DNA of 64,000 nt, taken from an uncultured Candidatus Saccharibacteria bacterium (GTDB taxonomy: Bacteria > Patescibacteriota > Minisyncoccia > Phycocordibacterales > UBA9973). Shown here one piece after another: positions 39,976-49,368 of this stretch. The translations under genes and the position numbers were made by a program. Position 1 is the first letter of the stretch. Each line of letters opens with the position of its first letter. Where the stretch lies: contig CAZIZK010000002.1 in the NCBI GenBank assembly GCA_964544225.1, positions 2,557 through 66,556 of the forward strand, in the 5' to 3' direction. The notes beneath the pieces are model-generated. The model did no database searches and was not told where the DNA came from. It was given only the letters and a program-made list of their open reading frames with translations.

Positions 39976-40260
39976 ATGCGAAACCCTATTTTCAGGCGTA
40001 TAATACTGGATATTGCTATATTACTATGCATATTTTTGGCACCTTGGTGGCTGACTATACCACTGGCCATTGTAGGTATATTCTTGTTCAGTCATTATAT
40101 CGAGTTCATATTTGCTATGTTATTTATGTATGGTTTGTATGGAGTAGGTGGTGAAGGAATTCTTAGTTCGACACTTTGGTTACCATTGATACTTGTTTTT
40201 ATATACATTACACTTTCATTTATAAAAAAGTATTTAATAATTTATAATAAAAATGTTTAG
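39976..40260 (+). CDS. Small membrane protein (MreD position, upstream of PBP2)
   Basis: Very hydrophobic 94 aa overlapping the mrdA start. Confidence 0.6.
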   Translation: MRNPIFRRIILDIAILLCIFLAPWWLTIPLAIVGIFLFSHYIEFIFAMLFMYGLYGVGGEGILSSTLWLPLILVFIYITLSFIKKYLIIYNKNV

Positions 40261-41947
40261 ACGACGCCGAAAAAGGAAATACCACGATGTACATCCCGAT
40301 GAAATATTTCTGGATTCAAAGAACTTGCCCGAATTCAATACCCAACAATTCGAAGGTAGGTTAGAAAAGCCAATACCAAAGTACTCGATATTTATCATGG
40401 GTCTATTCTTTATGTTTATTGGAGCAACTTTCTTGTATCAATTGGGTAATTTACAAATTATAAAAGGCTCAACATATTTAAAAAAGAGCGAGAACAATAC
40501 ACTCTCGCAAGAGCCTATATTTGCCGACCGTGGCATGATACTAGATAGGCAAGAGAAGAAGCTGGCTTGGAATGTGTGGTCCGAAGATAATACTAATCGT
40601 TTCGATATACCAACACGCGCATATATTGGAGAGGGTGGCTTCGGACACTTGCTAGGCTATGTATCATACCCGCAGAAGGATTCTTCGGGTAATTATTGGC
40701 AAAGTTCGTTCATAGGTAAAGATGGCGTAGAGAAGGTGTATAACGACAGGCTCAAGGGTGAAAATGGTGTTCGTATTACCGAGGTAGATGTGAAGGACCA
40801 GGTCCAGTCCGAGAACATGATCACCCCTCCAAAGCATGGCGATAATATGGTGTTGGCAATAGATATGGGTGTACAAGGTCAGTTGTATAAATCTATTGTA
40901 AATATGGCCAATAGTGTCGGATTTTCCGGAGGGGCTGGGGTGGTGATGGATATAAAAAATGGTGAACTACTAGCTATTACCAGCTATCCCGAATATAATC
41001 CCAACATTCTTTCAAAGGGTGACGACACAGCTATCATCAAAGGGTATCTTGGTGATAAAAGAAAAGTATTTTTAAACAGGGCAATAGGGGGGTTATATAG
41101 CCCTGGTTCTATAGTAAAGCCTTTTGTGGGTTATGGGGCATTGGTAGAGGGTGTTATTAGCCCATTAACAAATATTCTTTCGAATGGAAAATTAGAAATA
41201 CCAAATCCATATTTCCCAAACAAGAAGTCGGTATTCAATGACCACGGAGTATTTGGCTATGTAGATATGCGTGAAGCTATCGCTGTATCTTCGGACGTGT
41301 ATTTCTACCAGATAGGTGGTGGTTATCAAAGTCAGAAGGGTCTAGGTATTATAAATATCGACAAGTATGCCAACATATTTGGTATTAGCAAAAAGACCGG
41401 CATTGATCTACTTGGTGAAAAGGAGGGCAATATACCAACACCCGAGTGGAAAGCAAAGACATTCAAGGGTGACGCATGGCGTGTGGGTGACACATACAAC
41501 ACATCGATAGGCCAATACGGCTTCCAGGTTACTCCTGTGCAGATGGTACGCGCAGTTTCGGCTATTGCTACATATGGCACTATGCCTACACCGCATATAT
41601 TACTCGGTGATAAAAATTTTGAATCAAAAGTTGAAAAGATCAATATTGATAATGAAAAGATGAAAGTAATCCAAGAGGGTATGCGCCAGGCTGTGACCAG
41701 TGGTACAGCACAAGCCCTCAATATTCCAGGTGTAGCTGTGGCTGCCAAGTCTGGTACTGCACAGATTGGGTTGGGAAATACTAATACCAACTCGTGGATA
41801 ATTGGGTACTTCCCATATGACAATCCAAAGTACGCTTTTGCTGTATTGATGGAGCGTGGTCCAAAGGCGGCCTCTGGTAACGCTACTCGTGTCATGAGCG
41901 AGGTTGTGGATTATATCAAACTCTACCGCCCTGAATACCTACAATAG
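40253..41947 (+). CDS. mrdA: Penicillin-binding protein 2 (class B)
   Basis: RG.I.DR, G..G.E..Y, PGS.VK, S.DVYFY, IGQ, KSGTAQ. Confidence 0.85.
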   Translation: MFRRRRKRKYHDVHPDEIFLDSKNLPEFNTQQFEGRLEKPIPKYSIFIMGLFFMFIGATFLYQLGNLQIIKGSTYLKKSENNTLSQEPIFADRGMILDRQEKKLAWNVWSEDNTNRFDIPTRAYIGEGGFGHLLGYVSYPQKDSSGNYWQSSFIGKDGVEKVYNDRLKGENGVRITEVDVKDQVQSENMITPPKHGDNMVLAIDMGVQGQLYKSIVNMANSVGFSGGAGVVMDIKNGELLAITSYPEYNPNILSKGDDTAIIKGYLGDKRKVFLNRAIGGLYSPGSIVKPFVGYGALVEGVISPLTNILSNGKLEIPNPYFPNKKSVFNDHGVFGYVDMREAIAVSSDVYFYQIGGGYQSQKGLGIINIDKYANIFGISKKTGIDLLGEKEGNIPTPEWKAKTFKGDAWRVGDTYNTSIGQYGFQVTPVQMVRAVSAIATYGTMPTPHILLGDKNFESKVEKINIDNEKMKVIQEGMRQAVTSGTAQALNIPGVAVAAKSGTAQIGLGNTNTNSWIIGYFPYDNPKYAFAVLMERGPKAASGNATRVMSEVVDYIKLYRPEYLQ

Positions 41948-42034
41948 CTTGCCTTATTGCCTTGAAATCTGTATAATTGTTTCTTATATAAAGTAATCGA
42001 GTATTTGGCCTTTTAGCCTTATGCTATATACAGA

Positions 42035-42496
42035 ATGGACACAGAATACATAACAGAAGAGAAAAAGAAGGCCCTCATTGAAGAGGTCAATTTTTTAAAG
42101 AGTAACCGCCGAAAAGAGATATTAGAGGCTCTTGAATATGCAAAAAGTTTGGGTGATTTGTCTGAAAATGCTGAATATCACCAAGCCCGTGAAGATCAAG
42201 GTAAATTAGAAGACCGTATCAATCAGATCGAGTACATGTTGCAGTCTGCAATAGTTGTAAAGAAGCACCACAGTACAAAGGTAGAAATAGGTACAACAAT
42301 AAAGGTAAAAAAGGAGGGTTCAAAAGAATCTATAACTTATAACATAGTTGGTGCTGAAGAAGCCGACATGGCAAGTGGCAAGATATCGAACCGCTCACCA
42401 CTGGGTGCTGCACTATTTGGCAAGTCAAAGGGCGACAGTGTTTCTATCACTACTCCAAAAGGTCTGGTCAAATACACCATTGTTGAGATACAATAG
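42035..42496 (+). CDS. greA: Transcription elongation factor GreA
   Basis: GDLSENAEY, IS..SPLG.AL.G. Confidence 0.95.
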   Translation: MDTEYITEEKKKALIEEVNFLKSNRRKEILEALEYAKSLGDLSENAEYHQAREDQGKLEDRINQIEYMLQSAIVVKKHHSTKVEIGTTIKVKKEGSKESITYNIVGAEEADMASGKISNRSPLGAALFGKSKGDSVSITTPKGLVKYTIVEIQ

Positions 42497-42502
42497 TACT
42501 AT

Positions 42503-43990
42503 ATGGCTACACTAGCAGAATTAAGAAATGTTCGCATAGAAAAATTGAATAAATTAAAGGAAGCTGGTATGAACCCATACCCGGCGAAAGTTTTGCGTGA
42601 TTACTCGCTTGCATATGTAAAAGACAATTTTGAAAGTTTAGAAAAGGAGGGCAAGAGTGTATCACTAGCAGGCCGTGTTATGGTGACTCGTGGCCAAGGT
42701 GCAATATTGTTCATCGTACTCCAAGACGGTGCAACAAAGTTCCAATCAGTATTAAAGAAGGACGAGTTACCCGAAGATGTATTCAACTTGTTTGTAGACA
42801 CAGTAGACAGTGGCGACTTTATATCAGTTACAGGAACACTGTTCGTAACTGTGCGTGGTGAACAAAGTATATTGATAAAGGATTGGGCTATGGCTACAAA
42901 GTCACTATTGCCACTTCCTGACAAATGGCACGGTCTACAAGATGTGGAGGAGACATACCGAAAGAGGTACCTAGATATTATCATGGACCCTGAAGTCTAC
43001 AACCGATTCGCTATCCGCTCAAAGGTAGTTACAGCTATTCGTGCATATCTAGATGGAAAGAATTTTATGGAAGTAGAAACTCCAATACTTCAGAACCAAG
43101 CCGGTGGTGCTATGGCGAAAGTGTTCGATACACACCACAATGATTTCGACATACCTATGGTATTGCGTATAGCACTGGAGCTCGAGCACAAGATACTCAT
43201 GTCTGCAGGCTACGAGCGTGTGTACGAAATAGGCAAGAACTTCCGCAACGAAGGTTCCGACCCAACACATATCCAAGAGTTCACAATGCTAGAATGGTAT
43301 GCTGCATACCAGACTCTGGAAACAAATATAGCTTGGACTGAAGAGATGATCAAATCTATTGCATTACAAGTAACAGGCAAGAGTGCGTTTACTGTATATG
43401 ACAAAGATGGCAATAGCACAGAAGTAGACTTTGCAAAATCTTGGCCACAAATATCTTTCCGCGATTTGGTAATGGATAATGCAGGTATCGATATCACAAC
43501 TATATCTATCGAAGATGCAAGGAGGGAGGCAGTAAAGTGGGGCATGCCCGAGGATGAAGCAGGTAAAACTGGCCGAGGCAACCTACTAGATCATATTTAT
43601 AAAAAGTGTGCTCGATCAAAGATAATCAACCCAACATTTGTTACTGACTTTCCTGGTGATCTGAAGCCACTGGCTCAGCAGAACGATGATGGTACTGCAC
43701 GTGTGGCACAGCTAGTAATAGCTGGCGCTGAGATAACGAATCAATACGCAGAACTTGTGGACCCAATACAAGAACGTGCATTGTTAGAAGCACAAGCCGG
43801 TGCAAAGGCTGGTGGTGATGAAGAAGCCATGGATATCGATGAGAGGTTCCTAACTGCTATGGAACACGGTATGCCACCTATGACAGGTTTCGGTATGGGT
43901 ATCGATAGACTAGTAGCGATACTTACCGAGCAGAAGAACTTGCGTGATGTAATATTCTTCCCGATACTACGCCCAAAGCAAGAGGAATAG
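42503..43990 (+). CDS. lysS: Lysine--tRNA ligase (class II)
   Basis: YRKRYLD, EVETP.L, GGA.A..F.T, FRNEG....H..EFT.LE.Y, GMPP..G.GMGIDRL. Confidence 0.95.
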   Translation: MATLAELRNVRIEKLNKLKEAGMNPYPAKVLRDYSLAYVKDNFESLEKEGKSVSLAGRVMVTRGQGAILFIVLQDGATKFQSVLKKDELPEDVFNLFVDTVDSGDFISVTGTLFVTVRGEQSILIKDWAMATKSLLPLPDKWHGLQDVEETYRKRYLDIIMDPEVYNRFAIRSKVVTAIRAYLDGKNFMEVETPILQNQAGGAMAKVFDTHHNDFDIPMVLRIALELEHKILMSAGYERVYEIGKNFRNEGSDPTHIQEFTMLEWYAAYQTLETNIAWTEEMIKSIALQVTGKSAFTVYDKDGNSTEVDFAKSWPQISFRDLVMDNAGIDITTISIEDARREAVKWGMPEDEAGKTGRGNLLDHIYKKCARSKIINPTFVTDFPGDLKPLAQQNDDGTARVAQLVIAGAEITNQYAELVDPIQERALLEAQAGAKAGGDEEAMDIDERFLTAMEHGMPPMTGFGMGIDRLVAILTEQKNLRDVIFFPILRPKQEE

Positions 43991-44089
43991 TTCGACAAAC
44001 TCACTACAAGTAATTTTAATAATTAGGCAAAATTAAAACCCGTTACACAATTGTGCTCGGGTTTTTTAATAAGGGTGGTGATAGTGATT

Positions 44090-44359
44090 CTAAAAATCGG
44101 GCTCGAATTGAATCGAGGATAGTATCTCAGTTTGAGTAATAGTTTCGTAATATATTATACCCCATACTTTTCTCCAAGTGATAGATGCCCTTTCTTTTTT
44201 AACATCTTCTGCTTTTTGTAAAGCTGAAATTATAACTATTTCTATATCCTCTTTTGGAACACGTTCTTCTTTGCAAATTCTGCTGATATTCCTTGTAAAA
44301 ATTTTACGTAATTTACGAGGAATTAAAGAAAATCTTTTTTCTTTAGGTATTTTTTTCAT
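44090..44359 (-). CDS. Small basic hypothetical protein
   Basis: 89-aa AT-rich ORF between lysS terminator and mraZ promoter. Confidence 0.45.
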   Translation of the reverse strand: MKKIPKEKRFSLIPRKLRKIFTRNISRICKEERVPKEDIEIVIISALQKAEDVKKERASITWRKVWGIIYYETITQTEILSSIQFEPDF

Positions 44360-44433
44360 CTGTATTTCTTATTTGTTTAATTACAATAGTACAACAAACA
44401 CTTCTCAATGTCCATAGGATAAATTTTTTATAG

Positions 44434-44544
44434 TTATCCACAGAAATGGGGTGGGAGAGATGTTTGTATTGTGGGATAAAGTGGAGTATAATTAAATACA
44501 GTGGGATGAAGTGGGAAATGTTTTTAACTCTCATTTTATCCATA
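44434..44544 (+). promoter_or_regulatory. dcw/mraZ promoter with MraZ-type GTGG repeats and DnaA box(es)
   Basis: GTGG at 44451, 44471, 44481, 44501, 44511 (10-bp phasing); TTGTAT-N17-TATAAT; TTATCCACA at 44434 and TTATCCATA at 44536. Confidence 0.75.
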
Positions 44545-44551
44545 AATTACA

Positions 44552-44986
44552 ATGCTTATCGGCGAATACACACATACATTAGATGAAAAGAACAGGATGT
44601 CACTTCCTGTAAAATTCCGCAAAGAAATGGGGAAGAGTGTTGTAGTCGCACCAGGTCTTGATAACTGTCTATCTATATTTACTGAAAAGGAGTGGAGCAA
44701 GATCTCTGACAAGCTGGCTGACAGCTCTATGCTACAAACTGACAATCGTAATTTCTCTCGCTTTATGTTCGGGCAAGCTGTCGATACTGAAGTAGATGCA
44801 AGTGGCCGTATCCTTATCCCTGAGCACCTTCGCCGCCGTTCCAAGCTGGGTTCCAAAGTTGTCGTTATCGGAGTTCAGAATCGCGCAGAAATCTGGAACG
44901 AGGCAGCATGGAATACATACAAGAAGTCAATCGACACACAGGCCGACGCCCTCGCTGAGAAATTGGGCAGTATTGGAGTTCTTTAA
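44552..44986 (+). CDS. mraZ: Transcriptional regulator MraZ
   Basis: GEY.HTLD.K.R..LP.KFR, D.SGRILIP, IG...R.EIW. Confidence 0.95.
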   Translation: MLIGEYTHTLDEKNRMSLPVKFRKEMGKSVVVAPGLDNCLSIFTEKEWSKISDKLADSSMLQTDNRNFSRFMFGQAVDTEVDASGRILIPEHLRRRSKLGSKVVVIGVQNRAEIWNEAAWNTYKKSIDTQADALAEKLGSIGVL

Positions 44987-44987
44987 T

Positions 44988-45881
44988 ATGAAGCATATAC
45001 CCGTTCTACTTTCAGAATCTATCGACGCTTTGAACCTCAAAGTCGGCGACATAATGCTAGATGGAACACTAGGTGGTGGAGGCCATATTGCCGAGGCTAT
45101 AAAGCGTTTCGGTTCCGGCATAAAGGTGATCGGCCTTGATATGGATGGTGATGCGATAGGCCGTGCAAATGAAGCTCTCTCGGGCCTAAAGCATGACACA
45201 GCATTTGTAATAGCGAACTTCCAAGATACAAGCAAAGTTCTTGCAAGTTTGAACATTACACATGTGGACGCAGTTCTACTTGACCTAGGCATTAGCTCAT
45301 TTCAGCTCGAGGTTGCGGGCCGAGGATTCTCATTTATGCGTGATGAGCCATTGCTCATGACAATGAAGAAGGACCCAACTGATATGGATGTAACCGCGAT
45401 GGATATAGTAAATAGTTGGGAGGAAGAAACTATTGCAGATATTATCTATGGGTTCGGCGAAGAGAGATATTCCAGAAAAATTGCAAAGGCAATAGTAGAA
45501 AGGAGGAAGGAGAAGAAGTTCGAAACCACCAAGGACCTGGCTGATGTGATACAAGCTACAGTGGGTAAGGCATACGCAAGGATGAAGATCCACCCAGCTA
45601 CAAAGACTTTCCAGGCATTGCGTATTGCAGTAAATACCGAACTGACAAATGTAGAGAACGCTATCCCAGATATATTTGATAAATTGCATACCGGTGGACG
45701 CATGGCGATCATATCATTCCACAGTTTGGAGGACCGGATAGTCAAGAAAGCGTTCAAGAAGTTAGCAGATGAGGGTAAAGCAAAGATGATAACAAAGAAG
45801 CCGATAGTCCCAAGTATAAATGAAGTAAAGGAAAACCCACGTTCACGAAGTTCAAAATTAAGAGTAATAGAAAAATTATAA
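44988..45881 (+). CDS. rsmH: 16S rRNA m4C1402 methyltransferase (true start 44988)
   Basis: HIPVLL.E, DGTLGGGGH, DLGISSFQL, HPATKTFQALRIAVN, ISFHSLEDR, NPRSRS.KLR. Confidence 0.95.
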   Translation: MKHIPVLLSESIDALNLKVGDIMLDGTLGGGGHIAEAIKRFGSGIKVIGLDMDGDAIGRANEALSGLKHDTAFVIANFQDTSKVLASLNITHVDAVLLDLGISSFQLEVAGRGFSFMRDEPLLMTMKKDPTDMDVTAMDIVNSWEEETIADIIYGFGEERYSRKIAKAIVERRKEKKFETTKDLADVIQATVGKAYARMKIHPATKTFQALRIAVNTELTNVENAIPDIFDKLHTGGRMAIISFHSLEDRIVKKAFKKLADEGKAKMITKKPIVPSINEVKENPRSRSSKLRVIEKL

Positions 45882-45885
45882 TAAT

Positions 45886-46206
45886 ATGAAAATCAAAACA
45901 ATAACACAACAAATACCAAGTGATGATAACTCAAGGAAGCAGATGTTCCGCATCCTTGTATCAACACTTGGTGTATTGTGCCTGTGTTATGTGTATTTGA
46001 TAGGCTCTATTACTTTCAATGTTTTGGCACGCAAGACTCTAGAGGCCAATGCCCGTGTCGTGTCAGGCAATGTATCACAATTAGAACTACAGTATATTGC
46101 ATTGTCTAACTCTATCAACACTTCTTATGGACACAGCCTAGGCTATGTAGAGGCAAGTGGAACAATATTTGCTAGTCGCGACAAAGCAACTGTAGCTATG
46201 AAATAA
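45886..46206 (+). CDS. FtsL-like cell division protein
   Basis: TM plus coiled coil; position between rsmH and ftsI. Confidence 0.6.
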   Translation: MKIKTITQQIPSDDNSRKQMFRILVSTLGVLCLCYVYLIGSITFNVLARKTLEANARVVSGNVSQLELQYIALSNSINTSYGHSLGYVEASGTIFASRDKATVAMK

Positions 46207-46209
46207 TAT

Positions 46210-47919
46210 ATGGATTTATCATCGTTCCACTCACGCATAAGGATATTGGCCACATGCGTTTTTTTATTTGCATGTATATTGGTGTTGAAGTTATTCTTCA
46301 TATCTGTCATACACAAGAACGACTATAGTGAACGTGCCGACAGGCAGTACGCTACACCAAGCGGTGACATGTTCAACCGTGGTGACATATTCCTGACAAA
46401 ACATGATGGCACTGTGGTGTCGGGTGGTACTGTTATATCAGGTTTTAAAGTAGCAATCAATAACAAGAATATTGTTGACCCAGAAGCTTTATATCAATCT
46501 CTGAGCCCATACCTAGCTATGACTCATGATGAATTTATAACCCGCGCAAGTAAGAAGAACGATCCATATGAAGAAGTAATATTTAAAATCACAAAGGAAC
46601 AAGCAGACCAAATATCAGCATTGAAATTGCCAGGTGTATCTATATACAAACAAAAGTGGCGCTTCTATCCAGGTGGATCGATGGGTGCACATGCACTGGG
46701 CTTTGTATCTTTCAAGGGTGACAAGCGTGTGGGTCAGTATGGGTTAGAGAAATTCTACAACAGCACTTTGTCCAAGCCCGACGATGGAGCTTATGTAAAC
46801 TTCTTTGCTGAAGTGTTCTCCAACATTGGCAAGAGCTTCTCCAACGTGCGCGAGGGTGACATTGTGACAAGTATCGACCCCACAACTCAGAATACTTTGG
46901 AGGAACAGCTACGCGATGCAATGTCCAAGTGGCACGGTGACACTATTGGTGGCATAATCATGGATCCATATACTGGTGAGATCTATGCCATGTCTACCAT
47001 GCCAGACTTTGACTTGAATGATTTTGGTAAAGTAAAAGACCCTCGGATGTACGGTAACGTAATAGTAGAAGGTGTTTATGAATTTGGTTCAGTTATCAAG
47101 CCATTGGTTGTTGCAGCGGCACTGGACAAAGGTGTTATAACTCCCGAGACAACATATCTAGATAAAGGTTCAGTTACTGTAAACAAACAGCAGATATACA
47201 ACTTCGACAAGAAGGCGCGTGGTGTTGCCAGTATGCAAACAGTGCTAGACCAATCGCTAAACACAGGTATGGTATTTATCGAGAACAGGCTAGGGCATGA
47301 GACATTTCGTAATTATATGAAGGCATATGGTATAGGTGAGAAGACGGGTATAGACTTACCGAACGAAACTTCCGGCCTAATACGCAACCTAGACAGCCCT
47401 CGTGATGTGGAATACGCTACTGCATCTTTCGGGCAGGGTATTGCAATGACACCTATCGAGGCTATACGAGCATTTGCATCATTGGCCAATGGTGGGACCC
47501 TTGTCACACCACACCTCGTGCGCGAGATACGCTATGACGATGGCACAGTAAAGAAGCTCGACTTCCCACCGGCTAAAACTGGCCTATTGAGCAAAGAAGC
47601 TACCAATACAGCATCTCGTATGTTGGTGCACGTATTCGACAAGTCGTATGGTGGTGGGGCATACAAGTTCGAGCATTATACTGTCGCCACAAAGACTGGT
47701 ACTGCGCAAGTGGCGCGTGACGATGGAAAAGGGTATTATGAAGACCAGCATATGCACTCATTTTTTGGATATTTCCCTGCATATGAGCCAAGATTTATTG
47801 TATTTCTATTTATAAAGAATCCAAAGGGTGTCCAATACGCGGCACAATCACTGATACCACCATTTGTAAATATTACAAAATTCTTGATCAATTATTACAA
47901 TATTCCACCAGATAGATAA
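46210..47919 (+). CDS. ftsI: Penicillin-binding protein 3 / FtsI
   Basis: RG.I, G.YGLE, EFGS..K, S.N, FGQG, KTGTAQ; dcw position. Confidence 0.85.
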   Translation: MDLSSFHSRIRILATCVFLFACILVLKLFFISVIHKNDYSERADRQYATPSGDMFNRGDIFLTKHDGTVVSGGTVISGFKVAINNKNIVDPEALYQSLSPYLAMTHDEFITRASKKNDPYEEVIFKITKEQADQISALKLPGVSIYKQKWRFYPGGSMGAHALGFVSFKGDKRVGQYGLEKFYNSTLSKPDDGAYVNFFAEVFSNIGKSFSNVREGDIVTSIDPTTQNTLEEQLRDAMSKWHGDTIGGIIMDPYTGEIYAMSTMPDFDLNDFGKVKDPRMYGNVIVEGVYEFGSVIKPLVVAAALDKGVITPETTYLDKGSVTVNKQQIYNFDKKARGVASMQTVLDQSLNTGMVFIENRLGHETFRNYMKAYGIGEKTGIDLPNETSGLIRNLDSPRDVEYATASFGQGIAMTPIEAIRAFASLANGGTLVTPHLVREIRYDDGTVKKLDFPPAKTGLLSKEATNTASRMLVHVFDKSYGGGAYKFEHYTVATKTGTAQVARDDGKGYYEDQHMHSFFGYFPAYEPRFIVFLFIKNPKGVQYAAQSLIPPFVNITKFLINYYNIPPDR

Positions 47920-47923
47920 ATTT

Positions 47924-49231
47924 ATGAAAAGCTTAAAACAAAATTTCAAAAATATAATAGTTCGTATCATTACTTGGCAAGCCAAGATGGTATTAAAAAG
48001 ATACAATCCAAAGATAGTAGCTATTACTGGATCTGTGGGCAAGACTTCTACAAAGGATGCTGTGTATACCGTATTGTCACATTTCTACACAGTGCGTAAG
48101 AGTGAAAAGAGCTTCAATAGCGAGATAGGCCTACCCTTGACCATACTTGGCTTTCCAAATGGGTGGAGCAATCCATTTGTATGGATCGACAATATTTTCC
48201 GAGGATTTTTGCTTTTGTTATGGAAACATGAATATCCAGAATACCTGGTATTGGAAATAGGTGCAGGTAAGCCAAACGATATTAAAAGTGTATCAAAGTG
48301 GCTTAAAACCGACTTTGTAATACTCACACGCTTCCCAGATATGCCAGTGCATGTAGAGTTCTTTAAAGACAAGGATCATGTAATAGAGGAGAAGACATCT
48401 CTTGTGTACTCACTAAAGAAGGATGGAGTATTGATACTCAATCACGATGATAAAGAAGTCTACAATGTTCACCACAAGGTGAAGAACCGATCTGTATCAT
48501 TTGGCTTCAATGAACATGCTACATATAAAGCTTCGTATCCGAATACATCTGTACACAGTGCGGGCACTCCATCAGTAACACTGGGTATGAACTTCAAGCT
48601 CGAGTATGGTGGCAATACTTTCCCTGTATCGATGGACCATATCATAGGTATGAATCATGTATATTCAGGACTTGCCGCTATAGCTATCGCCATTGAAAGT
48701 GGGGCAGATATACTAGCATCAGTGAGTGCTATATCTGAATACCGTACTCCACCAGGCCGACTGTCTGTTATCGAAGGTGCTAACAATAGTACATTGATTG
48801 ATGATACATACAATTCATCGCCAGTAGCTACAGAAGCCGCATTGGAAGTATTGAAGTCATTGGAGGGGAAGAGGAAGATTGCGGTCCTTGGTGACATGCT
48901 CGAGCTTGGTAAATTGACCGAAGAAGCTCATAAAAATATTGGAAAGATGGTAGCCGGTATCGCTGACATATTGATAGTGGTAGGTCCACGTGCACGGTTC
49001 ATAGCCGAAGGTGCCAATGATGATGGATTCCCGATAAAGGAGACTTATGCATTCGACAGCTCTGTGACTTGTGGTAAGTTCCTGTCGGCTATGATCGAAC
49101 CATCTGATGTGATACTTATGAAAGGGTCCCAAGGTACCCGCATGGAAAAAGCCGTAAAAATGATAATGGCAAACCCCGACGACGCCCCGAAGCTTTTGTG
49201 CAGGCAAGAGAAGGAATGGTTGAAAAAGTAA
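47924..49231 (+). CDS. murF: UDP-MurNAc-tripeptide--D-Ala-D-Ala ligase
   Basis: AITGSVGKTSTK, FNSEIGLPLT, IDDTYNSSP, LGDMLELG, KGSQG. Confidence 0.93.
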   Translation: MKSLKQNFKNIIVRIITWQAKMVLKRYNPKIVAITGSVGKTSTKDAVYTVLSHFYTVRKSEKSFNSEIGLPLTILGFPNGWSNPFVWIDNIFRGFLLLLWKHEYPEYLVLEIGAGKPNDIKSVSKWLKTDFVILTRFPDMPVHVEFFKDKDHVIEEKTSLVYSLKKDGVLILNHDDKEVYNVHHKVKNRSVSFGFNEHATYKASYPNTSVHSAGTPSVTLGMNFKLEYGGNTFPVSMDHIIGMNHVYSGLAAIAIAIESGADILASVSAISEYRTPPGRLSVIEGANNSTLIDDTYNSSPVATEAALEVLKSLEGKRKIAVLGDMLELGKLTEEAHKNIGKMVAGIADILIVVGPRARFIAEGANDDGFPIKETYAFDSSVTCGKFLSAMIEPSDVILMKGSQGTRMEKAVKMIMANPDDAPKLLCRQEKEWLKK

Positions 49232-49296
49232 TTTGTAAAAGTTGATTTTTTATGGTATTTTAGTTTTATATTCGGCATGCTTTTTGTGTGCCCAAT

Positions 49297-49368
49297 GGCC
49301 CTATCGTCTAACGGTTAGGACACATCCTTCTCAAGGATGGAATCAGAGTTCGATTCTCTGTAGGGTCA
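49297..49368 (+). tRNA. tRNA-Glu (anticodon CTC), integration target
   Basis: GGCCCTA TCGTCTAACGGTTAGGAC A CATCC-TT-CTC-AA-GGATG ... GAGTTCGATTC TAGGGTC A. Confidence 0.95.

Noticed and set aside
44796-44987. Long N-terminal extension of RsmH in the ORF track
   Set aside because: It overlaps mraZ; homology begins at MKHIPVLL (44988).
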